A DNA stretch of 64,000 nt, taken from positions 1,062,223 to 1,126,222 of the forward strand of contig NW_014577064.1 of assembly GCF_000485595.1 (NCBI RefSeq). Reading direction: 5' to 3'. The position numbers and the translations under genes were made by a program. The number at the start of each line of letters is the position of its first letter. The first letter of the stretch is position 1. The notes beneath the pieces are model-generated. The model ran no database searches and was not told the DNA's origin. It saw nothing but the letters and a program-made list of their open reading frames with translations. The stretch is from Priapulus caudatus (lineage: Eukaryota). Positions 1-12,492 of this stretch are shown piece by piece.

Positions 1-171
1 AGCAGACCAGCAATAACGACATCAACACTGATTTATCGTTCCACAGAATGACCAGCGATGCAGCCAGACCAGCGCAGATAAAAGCAGTGTGGATGACAAC
101 AAGAAGCGCAGATATTTCCCAAAGAAATGTGAGTGAAAAATGCAGTGCCCGCCTTTCGAACCAGGCCTAGC

Positions 172-444
172 GCTCATAGGGTCTATGCCCCCCAGGGTAC
201 TGCCGGAACGTACCCTGGGTACGGTCCGGTATACCGAAACGTACCCTGGTAACTATCTGATAGGGTTAAGGTTAGGGAGTAGGCGTAGGCGACTCCCTAG
301 ACTCGTTAGTGGAGTAGGCGAGGTACGGTCCGGCATATTAGATAGTACCAGCAGAGCATATAAATCACGTTGATTTATATGCTCTGGTACCAGGGTACGT
401 TCGGGTATACCGGCAGTACCCTGGGGGACATAGACCCTCTCAGC
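172..444 (+). mobile_element. MITE family A (MULE-like, contains TTAGGG), with an internal 35-bp palindromic insertion
   Basis: TIRs GCTCATAGGGTCTATG...CATAGACCCTCTCAGC; same family as the copies at 15738, 28510, 30472, 41648 and 42101. Confidence 0.85.
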
Positions 445-1119
445 ATAACTAACCGTATTCAATAACACAGTGCAAAGCAAATAATAATACAAATGAATGT
501 ACTCATACGTACGTACTCATATACGGACGCCTATATTGTATAAGAACACGAGTACAGATAATTTTACATGTCGATCTTATGAGATCTTTCGTCGTGATAT
601 ATTAGAATATTAGTACGGTACGTATAAATTGCAATTTGTTCGCGCAACTGTTCGTCTGTTTCCAGACGCCTGCCAGCTGAACATTTTTTGAACGCATCGC
701 ATGCACCACTGTCAAGCATATACCACTGAGGAAAAGGACATGGTCGACTGTTAGAGCACAGGAGAAAATAACCACGCAAAATAGCCACGTCTTAAGATAT
801 CGTGCCATCAGCAGTGAGAACGCTTAAAATAAATGATAATTTATACTACACATCTATTACAACCGTTTTTAGTACACCTTCGACCGATATAGCAGTACGC
901 TTAATAAAATCACAATAGATAATTAAAAGCACAATGCATTACATTTACCGTTGCTCATCTACATATGCATACTCTATAGTAATTACTAGGGCATTTCTAA
1001 CCATTCCCAACTAATTTGTTCATGCACATGTGATTGTTATATTACTATGAGTGGGAAATTAAATTGTAATAAATTATTTTCGCACATTTCTATTGCGTTT
1101 ACTACAACTTATGATGTCT

Positions 1120-1415
1120 CCCTCCCTCCCTCTCCCTCCCTCCCTCGCACGCTCGCTCCCTCCCTCCCTCGCACGCTCGCTCCCTCTCTCCCTCCCTCCC
1201 TCACTCACTCACTCACTCACTCACTCACTCACTCACTCACTCACTCACTCACTCACTCACTCACTCACTCACTCACTCACCCACTCACTCTCACTCACCC
1301 ACTCACTCCCTCTCTCTCTCACTCACTCTCTCACTCACTCACTCACTCTCACCCACTCACTCTCTCCTCCTCTCTTCTATCCTCTCCTCTCCCTCCTCTT
1401 CCCTTCCCTTCCCTC
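1120..1415. repeat. (CCCT)n/(CACT)n microsatellite
   Basis: Directly visible. Confidence 0.95.
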
Positions 1416-2104
1416 ACTAACCATCTTTACCTGTGCCTCTCTTCCCACGCGTTTTCTGCCTCTCCCTCATTAAAACAATTCAGTAATAAAAATGCAATAC
1501 TTCTGTAATATAAATGCACAAATATAAGGATGGGTGTCTACCGCAACTGTATATCGCATTTACACCCGTTGGTTGAAGGATGAATATTCTCAAGCATCAT
1601 CAATCATCAGCTCAGTTACATATAGGTCAGTAACATTTACTTGAAAAGCAGGTCACTCAAACAGCTAAAAATTCAAAAACGGTAAAAATAAATACAATAA
1701 CACGAACAGAGAACAAGAATCAGAGTACAACACCCGCATATCCAAGATTAAAACCATCGAAATTTACAGTAGTTTTTTGTGTGATCATATTGTTCACATA
1801 AATGTGTGTCAATCACCTGAGGTATAGTCATTCAACATTACAGAGGCAGACAATTCAACCCGTTTCCTCCCTTTTCAGCTATACTGCCTACACTCGTGCG
1901 TGCCTCAGTGAACAGATATAGCTGAAGGACAGAGTAGCCCTAACAAATTAAAAAAAAAAAACTACCTGATATTCTGTTACCAGTCCCCAACTCGAACTAG
2001 TTTTTCGCTCTTCCTAATTAATAAACACTATGTACAAAGTCCATTATGACCATAATGTAATCGCGATACAACCTTAGTGCACATATTAAATTCCGCAGCA
2101 GCTC

Positions 2105-2233
2105 TTAATTCTCGGCGTTGATAGAAACGCAGGTGTCGGTCTCTTCATCATCAGATATGGCCGCTCTCGTTGGTCTTGCCTCCCACCTCACACGGCGTTT
2201 AGGTCTCTTCAGCAGTTGTGCCATATGCGATAC
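2105..2233 (-). CDS. PAP2-family phospholipid phosphatase, last coding exon
   Basis: Acceptor tttcag|GTATCGCAT, phase 0, matching the upstream donor. Encodes VSHMAQLLKRPKRRVRWEARPTRAAISDDEETDTCVSINAEN*. Not conserved, so support is splice signals and frame only. Confidence 0.65.
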   Translation of the reverse strand, partial: VSHMAQLLKRPKRRVRWEARPTRAAISDDEETDTCVSINAEN

Positions 2234-3056
2234 CTGAAAGTCCACTGTAAACTAACATGTGCTTCAAGACACGCAGACCTCGCACATGCAGCTGTCTTGA
2301 CCAGTAGCTATATACTGTAGTCAAAATATGTCCAAGCTGGTAACGCTCTAACACTTTGTCTAATTTGAAATGTTAGTCTTTACGAAAATAAGCATTTAAG
2401 ATATAAGGCAATCAGATTTAAAGTAACGAAACCTTTATTAATAAGCTAACTAGCTAGTGAGTGTGAAATGCCATCAATTTTCCTCAACAGAGCTCAAACA
2501 TCAATGTATCACTGTGATTGCTCTACATATTAATTTTCACATTCTAGTCCACAGTTTAATTACTTAAATACAACCATATATTGTGCACAGAACATTTCGA
2601 TTATAACTTGATTGTTACACAGAATTATAATGGATCAAATGCAAGAACACTGAAGCATTTATGTCACGTTCTGATTTAGTAAACGTCATAGAATGAAACC
2701 CAAGATTAGCTGACAAAACCAAAGTAAATGTCAAATATATAACTAGTTACTACATACAGTATTACACTGTCAATTGTAAACCTACATGCTGTTGGGCTTA
2801 TAAAGATTAATTGCAATAACTCAGCTTCTTCAATAAAGTTAATGCACTATAGAAAATTACAATGATTTTCCCAGTAAAACATTAGTAAAGAATAACATCA
2901 CAAAATTTCATGCGAATATCTCATTAGACATATTACAAAAATTGCGATTCCTATCAGCCCAATTTTCATCCATACTCTGCCAATGGAATCATCTACCATA
3001 CCCCGTTTTGCTTTCGTAAATAAAGTACCATGCTTGAGAACAATTTTAAAGAATAC

Positions 3057-3242
3057 CATGTAGATGGCAGCACCAGCACCTAGAAGACTGCCCACAAGCA
3101 CATCGCTCCAAAAGTGCTTATTGTCGTTGATTCGAGACAGGCAGCAAAGTGTGGCTAACGTCAGTGATGCTACTTGTATGACTGGCAGCAGGAAGGAAGA
3201 GAATGTGATGTTTTTCGGTGACAATTTCGTTTGAAGATACAA
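3057..3242 (-). CDS. PAP2-family phospholipid phosphatase exon (C3 motif)
   Basis: tttgcag|TTGTAT...TACATG|gtattc, 186 bp. Encodes LYLQTK...CLSRINDNKHFWSDVLVGSLLG, the PAP2 motif SRxxxxxHxxxD. Confidence 0.92.
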
Positions 3243-3689
3243 CTGCAAATACAAGCCAACATATTATCAGCAGTGTCATAATATAGAGGCGTACGACTAG
3301 CTCGAAACACCTTCAAGCGGCAGGCATTCCCCGCTGAACTCCGTCAACAGCGTCTCACAGTGAGCTGCCGTTTACTCGCATCGGCCGGGAATGCCTGCCG
3401 CTTGACTAGGTGAATGACTAAAACCATGTCTGACGTTCGAAGCTATAACTACGTAACAAGAAGAGGTATCATTACAAGGTAAAGTGTGAGGGCAAGTGGG
3501 ATGTACAACGCTACTTCTGCTATCATTTTTATTGAGTTTCACGTAATAAATCATAGGTAAACTAGGGCATTGAAATGTTGAATTTCTTGTGTTTCGAACG
3601 AGTCATACTCCTCTATATTATGACTCTCCTGATGATATCTTATTTTCTTACCTTTACATCTTGATCATCGTTATGAGAATTTTTATTCT

Positions 3690-4045
3690 GAGAGTGAGAG
3701 AGGAGGGGGAGCGCAACAGAGACAGAGAGAGAGAGAGATAGAGTAAGCATAGAGCGAGAGAGAGAGAAAAAGAGACACAGACAGAGACAGACAGAGAGAG
3801 ATTGAGTAAGCATAGAGCAAGAGAGAGAGAAAGAGAGAGAGACACACAGACAGAGAGAGATTGAGTAAGCATAGAGCGAGAGAGAGAGAGAAAGAGAGAG
3901 AGAGACACAGACAGAGAGAGAGATTGAGTAAGCATAGAGCGAGAGANNNNNNNNNNCCTCTTCCCCCCCTCTCTCTCTCTCTCTTTATCTCTCTCTCTCT
4001 CTCTCTCTCTCTCCCTCTTCCCTCCCTCTCTCCCTTCCTCTCTAT
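3690..4045. repeat. GA-rich minisatellite (GAGTAAGCATAGAGC units) and (CT)n across a 10-N gap
   Basis: Four GAGTAAGCATAGAGC units embedded in GA repeats. Confidence 0.9.
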
Positions 4046-4134
4046 CGCTTCCATACACATAAATGTAAACATATATAGTCATATGTCACATGCAAGCGTC
4101 AGTACTGCCGTAGCTTACCTGTAAACAATAATCA

Positions 4135-4335
4135 ACAGGTGGAAGAGAAAATTACCGGTAAATTACAATCTACAAGTGAGAGATAAACTTCACAGGTAAA
4201 TCATCATTTACAGTTGAACTACAAGCTACGGGTAAATGATCATCTACGGGTGAAAGAGAAACTCCACAGGTAAATGATCATTCATCAGCAGGTGAGAGAT
4301 AATCAACAGGTAAATGATAATCTACAGGTGAAAGG
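4135..4335. repeat. Degenerate ~20-bp tandem repeat (CAGGTAAATGATCATCTA-like)
   Basis: Recurrent ACAGGT(A/G)AA motif about every 20 bp. Confidence 0.6.
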
Positions 4336-4597
4336 CAATTAGCCGTGGGTCGGCAGCATATGTAGTGATGCCTCGTCGCACACATAGAGCGCGCCACCCG
4401 CGTCGAAAATCACCCGTCAATAGAGGATCCCGACCTTCCCCCCCGCGGAGCTTCCTTCCGGGATGTCAGTACCCCTCCCCCTCATCATAATCATCGTCAT
4501 CGTCGTCGTTGTTGTTGATGGTGATGATGTTGTTGTTGTTGTTGTTGGATGAGTCGGGCAGGTGTTCGGCTGTAACAATGTGATTCAAGTTTGACTG

Positions 4598-4653
4598 ACA
4601 GAGAGAGAGAGAGAGAGAGCGAGAAAGAGAGCGGAAGAGAGAAAGAGCGACAC

Positions 4654-4700
<47 letters not shown>

Positions 4701-5093
4701 GAGAGCGCGCGAGAGAAAGAGCGAGAGAGAGAGAGAGAGAGGGGCACATACAGAAAGAGAGAGAGAGAGAGGGGCGTGAGAGAGAGACACACATAGAGAG
4801 AAAGAGGGGGAGGCAGAGAAAGAGAGGGGGAGAGAGATACATGAAGAGAGAGAGCGAGAGCGGGGGCGTGAGAGAGAGAGACACAGATAGAGGGCAAGAG
4901 GGAGAGGCAGAGAAAGAGAGAGGGGGAGAGAGAGACATGAAGAAAGAGAGAGAGAGTGAGAGGCAGAGAGCGAGCGGTATATATAATATATATATATAGA
5001 GAGAGAGGGGGAGAGAGAGAGAAGACGGCGCGTGGGACAGACAGACAGACAGAGAGACGCAGAGAGAGAGAGCGCAAGAGAGAGAGAGAGAAA

Positions 5094-5151
<58 letters not shown>

Positions 5152-5160
5152 TGAGAGAGA
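4598..5160. repeat. (GA)n-rich microsatellite
   Basis: Directly visible. Confidence 0.95.
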
Positions 5161-5329
5161 AACCATTACTTGCTACATCAACCATGGCATATTTAAGAAG
5201 AACTATAAACATATTTACTTTTGAAGATAGTCTAAAAAGACATATAATATGTTAAATGTTAATCATAGATTCTTTTTACCTTGCTTTAGGTTAGTTGCAA
5301 GAATGGGACAGCTAACCTATAATACTCAC

Positions 5330-5444
5330 CACAATAAAGGCTGCAGCATATACAGACAGTGAGGCATGGCCTGATGGAAATGACTTCTCTGCCTCGTCAA
5401 CAAATGGCTCATCTTTGATTGTGCACTGATAATTCTCTACAAAG
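5330..5444 (-). CDS. PAP2-family phospholipid phosphatase exon (C2 motif)
   Basis: ttctag|CTTTGTAGAG...ATTGTG|gtgagt. Encodes FVENYQCTIKDEPFVDEAEKSFPSGHASLSVYAAAFIV, containing the PSGH motif. Confidence 0.92.
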
Positions 5445-5584
5445 CTAGAAAATAAAAGACACCCACACCCTTGAAAGACACAAACCCTTAAAATGGTTTC
5501 GTTTTTACCAGAGGCTGTTAGAATGTGTCAAGGTGCCCCACAACCAATATTAAAACAGCATTCAACAGGGTTACTACTAAATAT

Positions 5585-5984
5585 TAGGGCTGTAACGATA
5601 CACAAGCCTCTCGATTCGATTCGGTTCTCGATATTAGCCTCTCGATTCGATTCCTTCGATTCGATTCCCAAAATATTAAAATGTTATCTTATTTTTTATA
5701 TTTTCATTATTTTGCAATAATAAATTATTAGAAATTGCCAATGAATACTAAATGGTGAATAGACTAGAGAGTCTGGAGAGTATAATTATATACACTGCAC
5801 AGCCGCTGAGTAACATGGGTGAGTGGTGAGTAACACTCCACAGTATATAGCGTAGTGCCGCCATCTATTGGAGGGAAAAAGTGGTATCGAAATGGAATCG
5901 AAAATACGGGGGAAAATATCGATGATCAGATCGAGGGAAGAGAATCGCGATCCGATTCGATTTCGGTGGATCGTTACAGCCCTA
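5585..5984. mobile_element. hAT-type MITE in PAP2 intron
   Basis: TIRs TAGGGCTGTAACGA...TCGTTACAGCCCTA; 8-bp TSD CTAAATAT (5577-5584, 5985-5992); subterminal TCGAT repeats. Confidence 0.9.
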
Positions 5985-6220
5985 CTAAATATTATTGCTT
6001 TAAATGTAATAGCTCTGTGAGTAAAAGTATCAGGAGAGATAAGATGAGGCCCAACAGGCCTCATGATAAGCAGCTGCAGGCTTGTTAGTGTCACAGTCTG
6101 GTCAGGCTATAAAATACACGACACACAAGTTAAAGTGATTACGTCACCGTAAATAGTAAAAATACACGACACACAAGTTAAAGCAAAAACAGCTACACGT
6201 TATAAAATAGCTGAACTTGC

Positions 6221-6453
6221 CTTGTACAGTCTAAGGAAGGAAAGTCTGGTTGACATGCTTGAAAAAAGTATGGCCTTTTTCGTCCGACAAACGACTTAAG
6301 AATCTCGGTAGTCACCGCAACAATTCCATAGCCAAAGAAGAAGACAAAGGCAATTGTTGCACTCTGGATCATAATCTGATTCCCTATCCCAATACCAACT
6401 CCCACACTTGTGTTATTGGACGTTCTTAGCAGAAGCCATTCTGTGAATATCAC
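6221..6453 (-). CDS. PAP2-family phospholipid phosphatase exon (C1 motif)
   Basis: ccag|GTGATATTC...TGTACAAG|gcaagt (GC donor). Encodes TEILKSFVGRKRPYFFQACQPD, the KxxxxxxRP motif. Confidence 0.9.
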
Positions 6454-7100
6454 CTGGAATACATTATATATTAATTATTATATAAAAAGAACATGCATGA
6501 GCACGTGCAATAGCTGTAATAGATGTCACATTGTGAGTCATGAACTCCATGCAATTCAACCAAATACAACACAGCAGATATATCACGAGAGATTCTCTCT
6601 CGTGCAACTCAAATAACTCTGTGGTTATTTAGCATGAATAAAGTGCATGTTGTGCATGCGCCAAAACTTACTATGTATTTTTAATCAATTTTTGTTGTGT
6701 TTATTCAGATCTGCTGCACATGGATGCTCTCTATTGTAGCAAAACACCTATAGGCTTGTTACGGGTAAAATTTCTGGTCAAATTTTGAGCTTGGTTGCTA
6801 AAAAATAACATTCAAATCTGATTTGTAAGATAACTAGGAATGAAATTGGGCAAACTAATATAAATTTGGCAGTAAGGTTATGAACTTATAACTAACACAA
6901 GGTGTCAGTTATTCCATTAAAATTATCAACAGTATGGATAAGATAGAGAGATATTATGGCTCTAAGCACTGCACTCATTTATCTAAGGACTGATAAAGTG
7001 GGAACTGCTGTATTAAGTAGCACACAGGCAGGAGTGAATAGAAAAAACATCGTTTTTATTCTCTCCTTGTATTGAGCCGATGCAGAAACGATATACTCAC

Positions 7101-7252
7101 CACAATAACTGGAAATCCAAGAGACACACCAAACATAACGCCTGCTGGCACAGAGTCATAGTGGAATGTATACTTTAACTCTTCGTCATCACAAAAGAAG
7201 CCCCTTTTCCGTGGAGAGTAGCCGAAGAATACCAAACCTCCAACTGCAGCAA
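7101..7252 (-). CDS. PAP2-family phospholipid phosphatase exon (N-terminal part; upstream ATG exon not located)
   Basis: ttctag|TTGCTGCAG...ATTGTG|gtgagt. Encodes PRKRGFFCDDEELKYTFHYDSVP, the typical PLPP RGFFCxDxSIxYP segment. Confidence 0.9.
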
Positions 7253-8204
7253 CTAGAATATATAGCAATAACAAACAACAGATTGGACAAGTTTTATGGC
7301 AAATGGGCAAGTTTATTTCACAATTTATAGTATAAGGACGTAACATAGAACATATATATAAGCATTATTTACCTGTGAAGGACATTTACCAGTGCTGGAA
7401 ATGTACACCATCATTATATGTAAACCATCTCATATAAGCATTAAAGCAATAATTATGTTCGTATCATCTGTAATGTGATTACCATCACAATACTATCTGT
7501 TGTTGTGTAGCATATTCTATACATGTATGTGTGTGCTTTTTTGGAAATAAAGTACATTATATAAAAAAAAAAAAAAACTGCAGCAACTAAATTGCATAAA
7601 AAATTCATTGCAAAAACTGATTCCGTGCAGTTATTCCAATAATAATATAAATACACATACACACGCACACAAAAACATACAAAGAAATACTTCTAAGAAC
7701 AGAATTACGGGGGTATTATGGTATTATGGGGGATTTACTATTATCGGGTCGATAAACTTTAGCAATTAGTACTATACTACAAGATAGGTGGAACCACTAT
7801 CCTTATGCATATATACAGATTCAGCCACGCATAGAGGTATCACAAGAATTAAGCTGTCGCGTAGTTTGGCTTGTATGCCATGTAAGCCATGTATTCTATA
7901 GCCTGACCAGCCTGAGAGACTATCGTTAATACACAGCCTGATGCCCTTCCACCTTATCTCTCCTAATGCTTTTAGGACCAGTGATTTAACAACAATATCT
8001 AGTGAAACCCTGCATGTGCGTGCACATACATAATACGTTCAAAAACGGATAGTATCATAAACATATTTAAATAACTACATTACGTCTCATATTATAATCT
8101 TTCTGCTAATACTGCTAATATAATACTAGTGTAGATATGTTCAGGATAGCTGTAATAGCAGCATTAAATAAGAGGCACTTGTAAGTCTAAATTTCTTACT
8201 AGTA

Positions 8205-8320
8205 CAGGGTGCGAAATTAACGGGAGTCCGGAGTCAAATACTCCCTGATTTACTGTCGGACTCCCTGATTTGACATTTGAAAATTTGGCAGACGGTGCAA
8301 CTTCATGAATCTTTAAGAAT
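8205..8320 (+). mobile_element. Partial copy of the CAGGGTGCGAAATTAAC MITE
   Basis: Near-identical to the left end of the 16305-16655 element. Confidence 0.75.
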
Positions 8321-8786
8321 CAGAAATAGTATAGTATTATGTATACCTGCCAGAAATAGACCAAGATCAATGGCAATTTTCACTTTATGCAATGTCATGG
8401 TGGTCAATGTTCGACAAGTAGAGCTGGCACCGTTATTATGATATGGTAGTATCACTGTATTCATTCAGCACTATATAAAAAACAAAGCAACACAGAAATC
8501 AATAGCAATAAAAAAAAAGAATTTCCATAAGATATTTATATCAGTGATGGTATATATATATATATACTTCGCTCAACACCTCTAAGGCCGCCCACAGCAA
8601 GAAACTTGTCCAAAACAGAGGCGAGCCGCTGCTGACCTAAAAATCAGTTTCTTGCATAGAACAGTGCTTATAATGCACCAAAATTAGCTTAGAATACCCC
8701 ACCTCGACACCCTTCAAAGGATTTTCCTGGGGCATGCCCCCGTGACCTTGCTAGACTCGAAATGCGCGAAGACACGACTCAGTGAA

Positions 8787-9519
8787 NNNNNNNNNNNNNN
8801 NNNNNNNNNNNNNNNNNNNNNNNNNNNNNNNNNNNNNNNNNNNNNNNNNNNNNNNNNNNNNNNNNNNNNNNNNNNNNNNNNNNNNNNNNNNNNNNNNNNN
8901 NNNNNNNNNNNNNNNNNNNNNNNNNNNNNNNNNNNNNNNNNNNNNNNNNNNNNNNNNNNNNNNNNNNNNNNNNNNNNNNNNNNNNNNNNNNNNNNNNNNN
9001 NNNNNNNNNNNNNNNNNNNNNNNNNNNNNNNNNNNNNNNNNNNNNNNNNNNNNNNNNNNNNNNNNNNNNNNNNNNNNNNNNNNNNNNNNNNNNNNNNNNN
9101 NNNNNNNNNNNNNNNNNNNNNNNNNNNNNNNNNNNNNNNNNNNNNNNNNNNNNNNNNNNNNNNNNNNNNNNNNNNNNNNNNNNNNNNNNNNNNNNNNNNN
9201 NNNNNNNNNNNNNNNNNNNNNNNNNNNNNNNNNNNNNNNNNNNNNNNNNNNNNNNNNNNNNNNNNNNNNNNNNNNNNNNNNNNNNNNNNNNNNNNNNNNN
9301 NNNNNNNNNNNNNNNNNNNNNNNNNNNNNNNNNNNNNNNNNNNNNNNNNNNNNNNNNNNNNNNNNNNNNNNNNNNNNNNNNNNNNNNNNNNNNNNNNNNN
9401 NNNNNNNNNNNNNNNNNNNNNNNNNNNNNNNNNNNNNNNNNNNNNNNNNNNNNNNNNNNNNNNNNNNNNNNNNNNNNNNNNNNNNNNNNNNNNNNNNNNN
9501 NNNNNNNNNNNNNNNNNNN
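8787..9519. other. Assembly gap (N run)
   Basis: Run of N. Confidence 0.99.
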
Positions 9520-9544
9520 AGTACAAAACTTTAGCATGGCCATC

Positions 9545-9978
9545 AGATGGGGGGGGGGGGGGGGCGATGAGTGCGGTCACACCCCTTTTTTCCAGAGTTT
9601 ACCCCGGCACCCGAGAATTAGTTATTTAGCCGGCAAGTCAATTCGTTGCGCAAATGTTAGTGTAGGGCCAATATTTTCGTGTGTTTATGCATAAAGCTTT
9701 TGTATCGTGCATATAAAACTTCCGATTAGCCAATCAGATTGCAATCATTTTTCAATAATTGGTCATAAATTGTGTGCAAAAATGCTCCAAAATAAGGCTC
9801 AGATTGCACCAGAGAGCATCTAAAACCCCTGAGCTTCCAGGACCCTTGAGCGGGCACTGGACCCTGGCCATGAGGGACTTCGCGCTCGTGATGTGCGCTT
9901 CGCGCTCGTTAGTTCACAGAAAATTTTGCGTACTCCTGGCATGCCACCCCCTTTTTTGAAAAGCTTGGGACGGGCCTG
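9545..9978. mobile_element. Probable non-autonomous DNA-transposon remnant
   Basis: Ends ...GGGACGGGCCTG (hAT-like CAGGCCCGT terminus) with GC-rich subterminal motifs; left end abuts the assembly gap. Confidence 0.4.
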
Positions 9979-10259
9979 TTTAGGGTTAAATTATAACATA
10001 AACATAGCTATACTCATGCAGTGCAGCAGTAGTATATGTTATACTCAGAGTATAGATATATGTTCATGTATATATATATATATATATACACGTTAGGTGT
10101 AAAGTAGGGTACAAGGTACAAGAGAGGCCATCAATTGTTGCTATGGTCCTGTCGCCTGTCCAATACAGATGGAAACAGATCACCCTCTCAAGAGGCACCT
10201 GTCACAAGACCACAAGTTTGTCACAAGAGGCAAGAGTCACCTGTGGCCTCAAGAGGCTA

Positions 10260-10838
10260 CCCCCCACTCAGCATATTAGGTGGATGCCTACGCTTGTTCC
10301 CTGATTCTAAAAAACCCCCCCTATCTCAAAAAGGACCATATTTTTTACCCCCTTTTCACTGGCTTCTTGTCACTTTTTCAAACCCCATCTCAGGACTCGA
10401 TAGAAATACACCCCCTATCTCTGGACTCTTCAAGAATACACCCCCTTATCTCAGGATTTATTAAAATGCATTCGTTTACAGTAGGCTAGTTCTTTGGAGT
10501 AATTCACAAAATAAGACACTCTTCTGAAGATTTTTAGGTACCTTTCTTTATTTTGAGCCTCAGTTTTGCACCTCTGTAGTGAACACATCGGCAGGAAAAT
10601 AAAAGTCTGTGATTATCAATTCCTTACGGGCTGGTTTTAAACAACCCTTCTTAAAAATATCTTTGGGCCAGACTTTAAAAAAAATACCCCTTTTCTGTGT
10701 TTCTCCAGATAAACCTGCTAATTGTACCCTTTTTTAAAGGATTCTTGGGCCAGAGATAGCTGGACAAACAGTACCCCTTTTCCGGAGAAATTGGGAACGC
10801 GGGTGCAGTGCAGCCATACCCAGATGAGTGCGGGGGGG
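10260..10838. mobile_element. MITE with C/G-run termini
   Basis: Imperfect TIRs CCCCCCCACTCA...TGAGTGCGGGGGG; internal repeated AATACACCCCCT motifs. Confidence 0.55.
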
Positions 10839-10859
10839 AGGGCAACAGTCAAGCTCCTA

Positions 10860-11297
10860 CCAGGAGACCTAGTCTCAGGGACGAAGATATTATATATGCT
10901 CTTGTTGGGTAACATTATTGTATCTAAAGCCGACCCAGTAATGGTACGAGGTGACACGCAAAAATCAAAAACTGGTCATCTACCGGCCTGAGTAGGCAGA
11001 CCATAAACTTAGTCCACTAGACCACACGTATCAGCTTCTATACATCACTCAACAATGTTCAAAGTTCCGTTCAAGGCGTACTGAACAGCTATAAGAACTC
11101 ATTCTTTCGTGAGGACAGTTATGAGTGAACCAGACCTCTGAGAAGCACTCATGCCTGCTGAAGATCCTGACACTTCCAATCTCGTGTCAAAGACTCGCCA
11201 GCAAACGTCTTCTGCGCCGCCTCTCTCCCACACGCCCCGTAATTCGCCCTAATGAGCCTCTGGCTCGACTACCTACACTCACAGATCAAGATCAAGA
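10860..11297 (+). mobile_element. LINE 3'-end remnant (CR1/L2-like)
   Basis: Frameshifted KVPxxRTEQYKNSFFxRTVxEWN-like segment at ~11055-11130 (common ORF2 C-terminus) and a short AGATCA tandem tail. Confidence 0.55.
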
Positions 11298-11370
11298 CGC
11301 GAAAGACAAGCATCTAATATCCTAGACAACACCCCCCCGCGTACGTAGTCTATAGTAGAAATTAAGTACT

Positions 11371-11372
<2 letters not shown>

Positions 11373-11412
<40 letters not shown>
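11373..11412. repeat. (TAC)n microsatellite
   Basis: Directly visible. Confidence 0.95.
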
Positions 11413-12492
11413 GGTTCCGTACTCTCGCAGTTACAGCAACCTACATTATGTAACCCAACAAGAGTATAGGGGTTGTTGCCTCTACTCTTGTTGGGTTGAC
11501 GCTGCAACAATTATATACTTCTCATCACTATGTACCTCATCAGACTCATGAGCGTTGTGCGTCGATCGTGCCGTGGTGTGGTGTGGATCTAATTATACGC
11601 TCTTTTGAATGCATTTTTCTGGGTGCAACAAGACCGAACCTGACCTGTGCTGTATAGGGCCTACCAAAGTCCACGCGAACCTCCATCGCAACTATATTAC
11701 TATTGGCACTGACCTCTATATTAGTTTAGTGCATACAGTGATACACCAATGGCACCAAACACACTGTAAAGTTAACACGCTCTACTCTAATCTCACGTCT
11801 CATCAATCGGGTTCATCTTATCATCTATGCTGTTCGTTCAATCGGCCGCCGTCGATGCGTCGATGCGTCGCGCCTTTCGCACCAGTGATGCCAAGCCGAT
11901 AAACCAAAATAGAGATCCCCTTCGTAACTATTTGTCCACGCTAATCTTCAAAGTCGATGAGACTATATCGAAAACGGAAAAAAAAATCAAATGAACACCT
12001 GCTAATTGTAGAAATAAACACTGTGGATTGCAGTAGACAAAGTTTTAATTTTACCTATTTTTACTATTTTCGATTACTTATGTATGGATGCTCATACCTT
12101 AGTTATTGAAAGCGAAATGGAAAATTGTTTCACTGAGATGTTTAGGATTTCGGTCGTCTTTATTTAGTAAGGATCGTGTTCTAGGCAGATTATTTTGCTT
12201 ACGTTTCTGTTTAATACGTGTTAATCACTATAGTCGTCTGTCTATATCATTTAAAACTAGTGAGCTAGAACTCACTTTCGTCAAAATGAAACTGAAAGGT
12301 GGACTCCGACTTACCCACGGCCACGCCAGTGGCAGTGGCATTCACGCCGCATTGTCATTTTTTATTTTTTTATTTTTTTTATTTATTTAGGCAATTATCC
12401 ATCATATACAATACATAACATACTTTACAATAAAATTCTGAATTCATAAAATTGGATAACTACCAAGGATATATACACAAAAAGCATAATTA

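Noticed and set aside
140..492. Short ORFs with PRVLPERTL recurring at 15703 and 30492
   Set aside because: Translations of MITE family A, not a protein family.
3690..4335. Spaced repeats superficially like a CRISPR array
   Set aside because: Spacers are GA microsatellite or degenerate copies of the unit; no cas genes; eukaryotic intron.
1047..5255. SL/RE/TH-repeat ORFs (also at 22790-23293 and 33899-34321)
   Set aside because: Microsatellite or low-complexity translations.
7371..7440. Possible ATG-containing first exon of the PAP2 gene
   Set aside because: A phase-compatible donor exists, but the peptide does not resemble a PLPP N-terminus. The true exon may lie in the gap or further upstream.
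8714..9629. ORFs of 250-295 aa
   Set aside because: Artefacts spanning the N gap.
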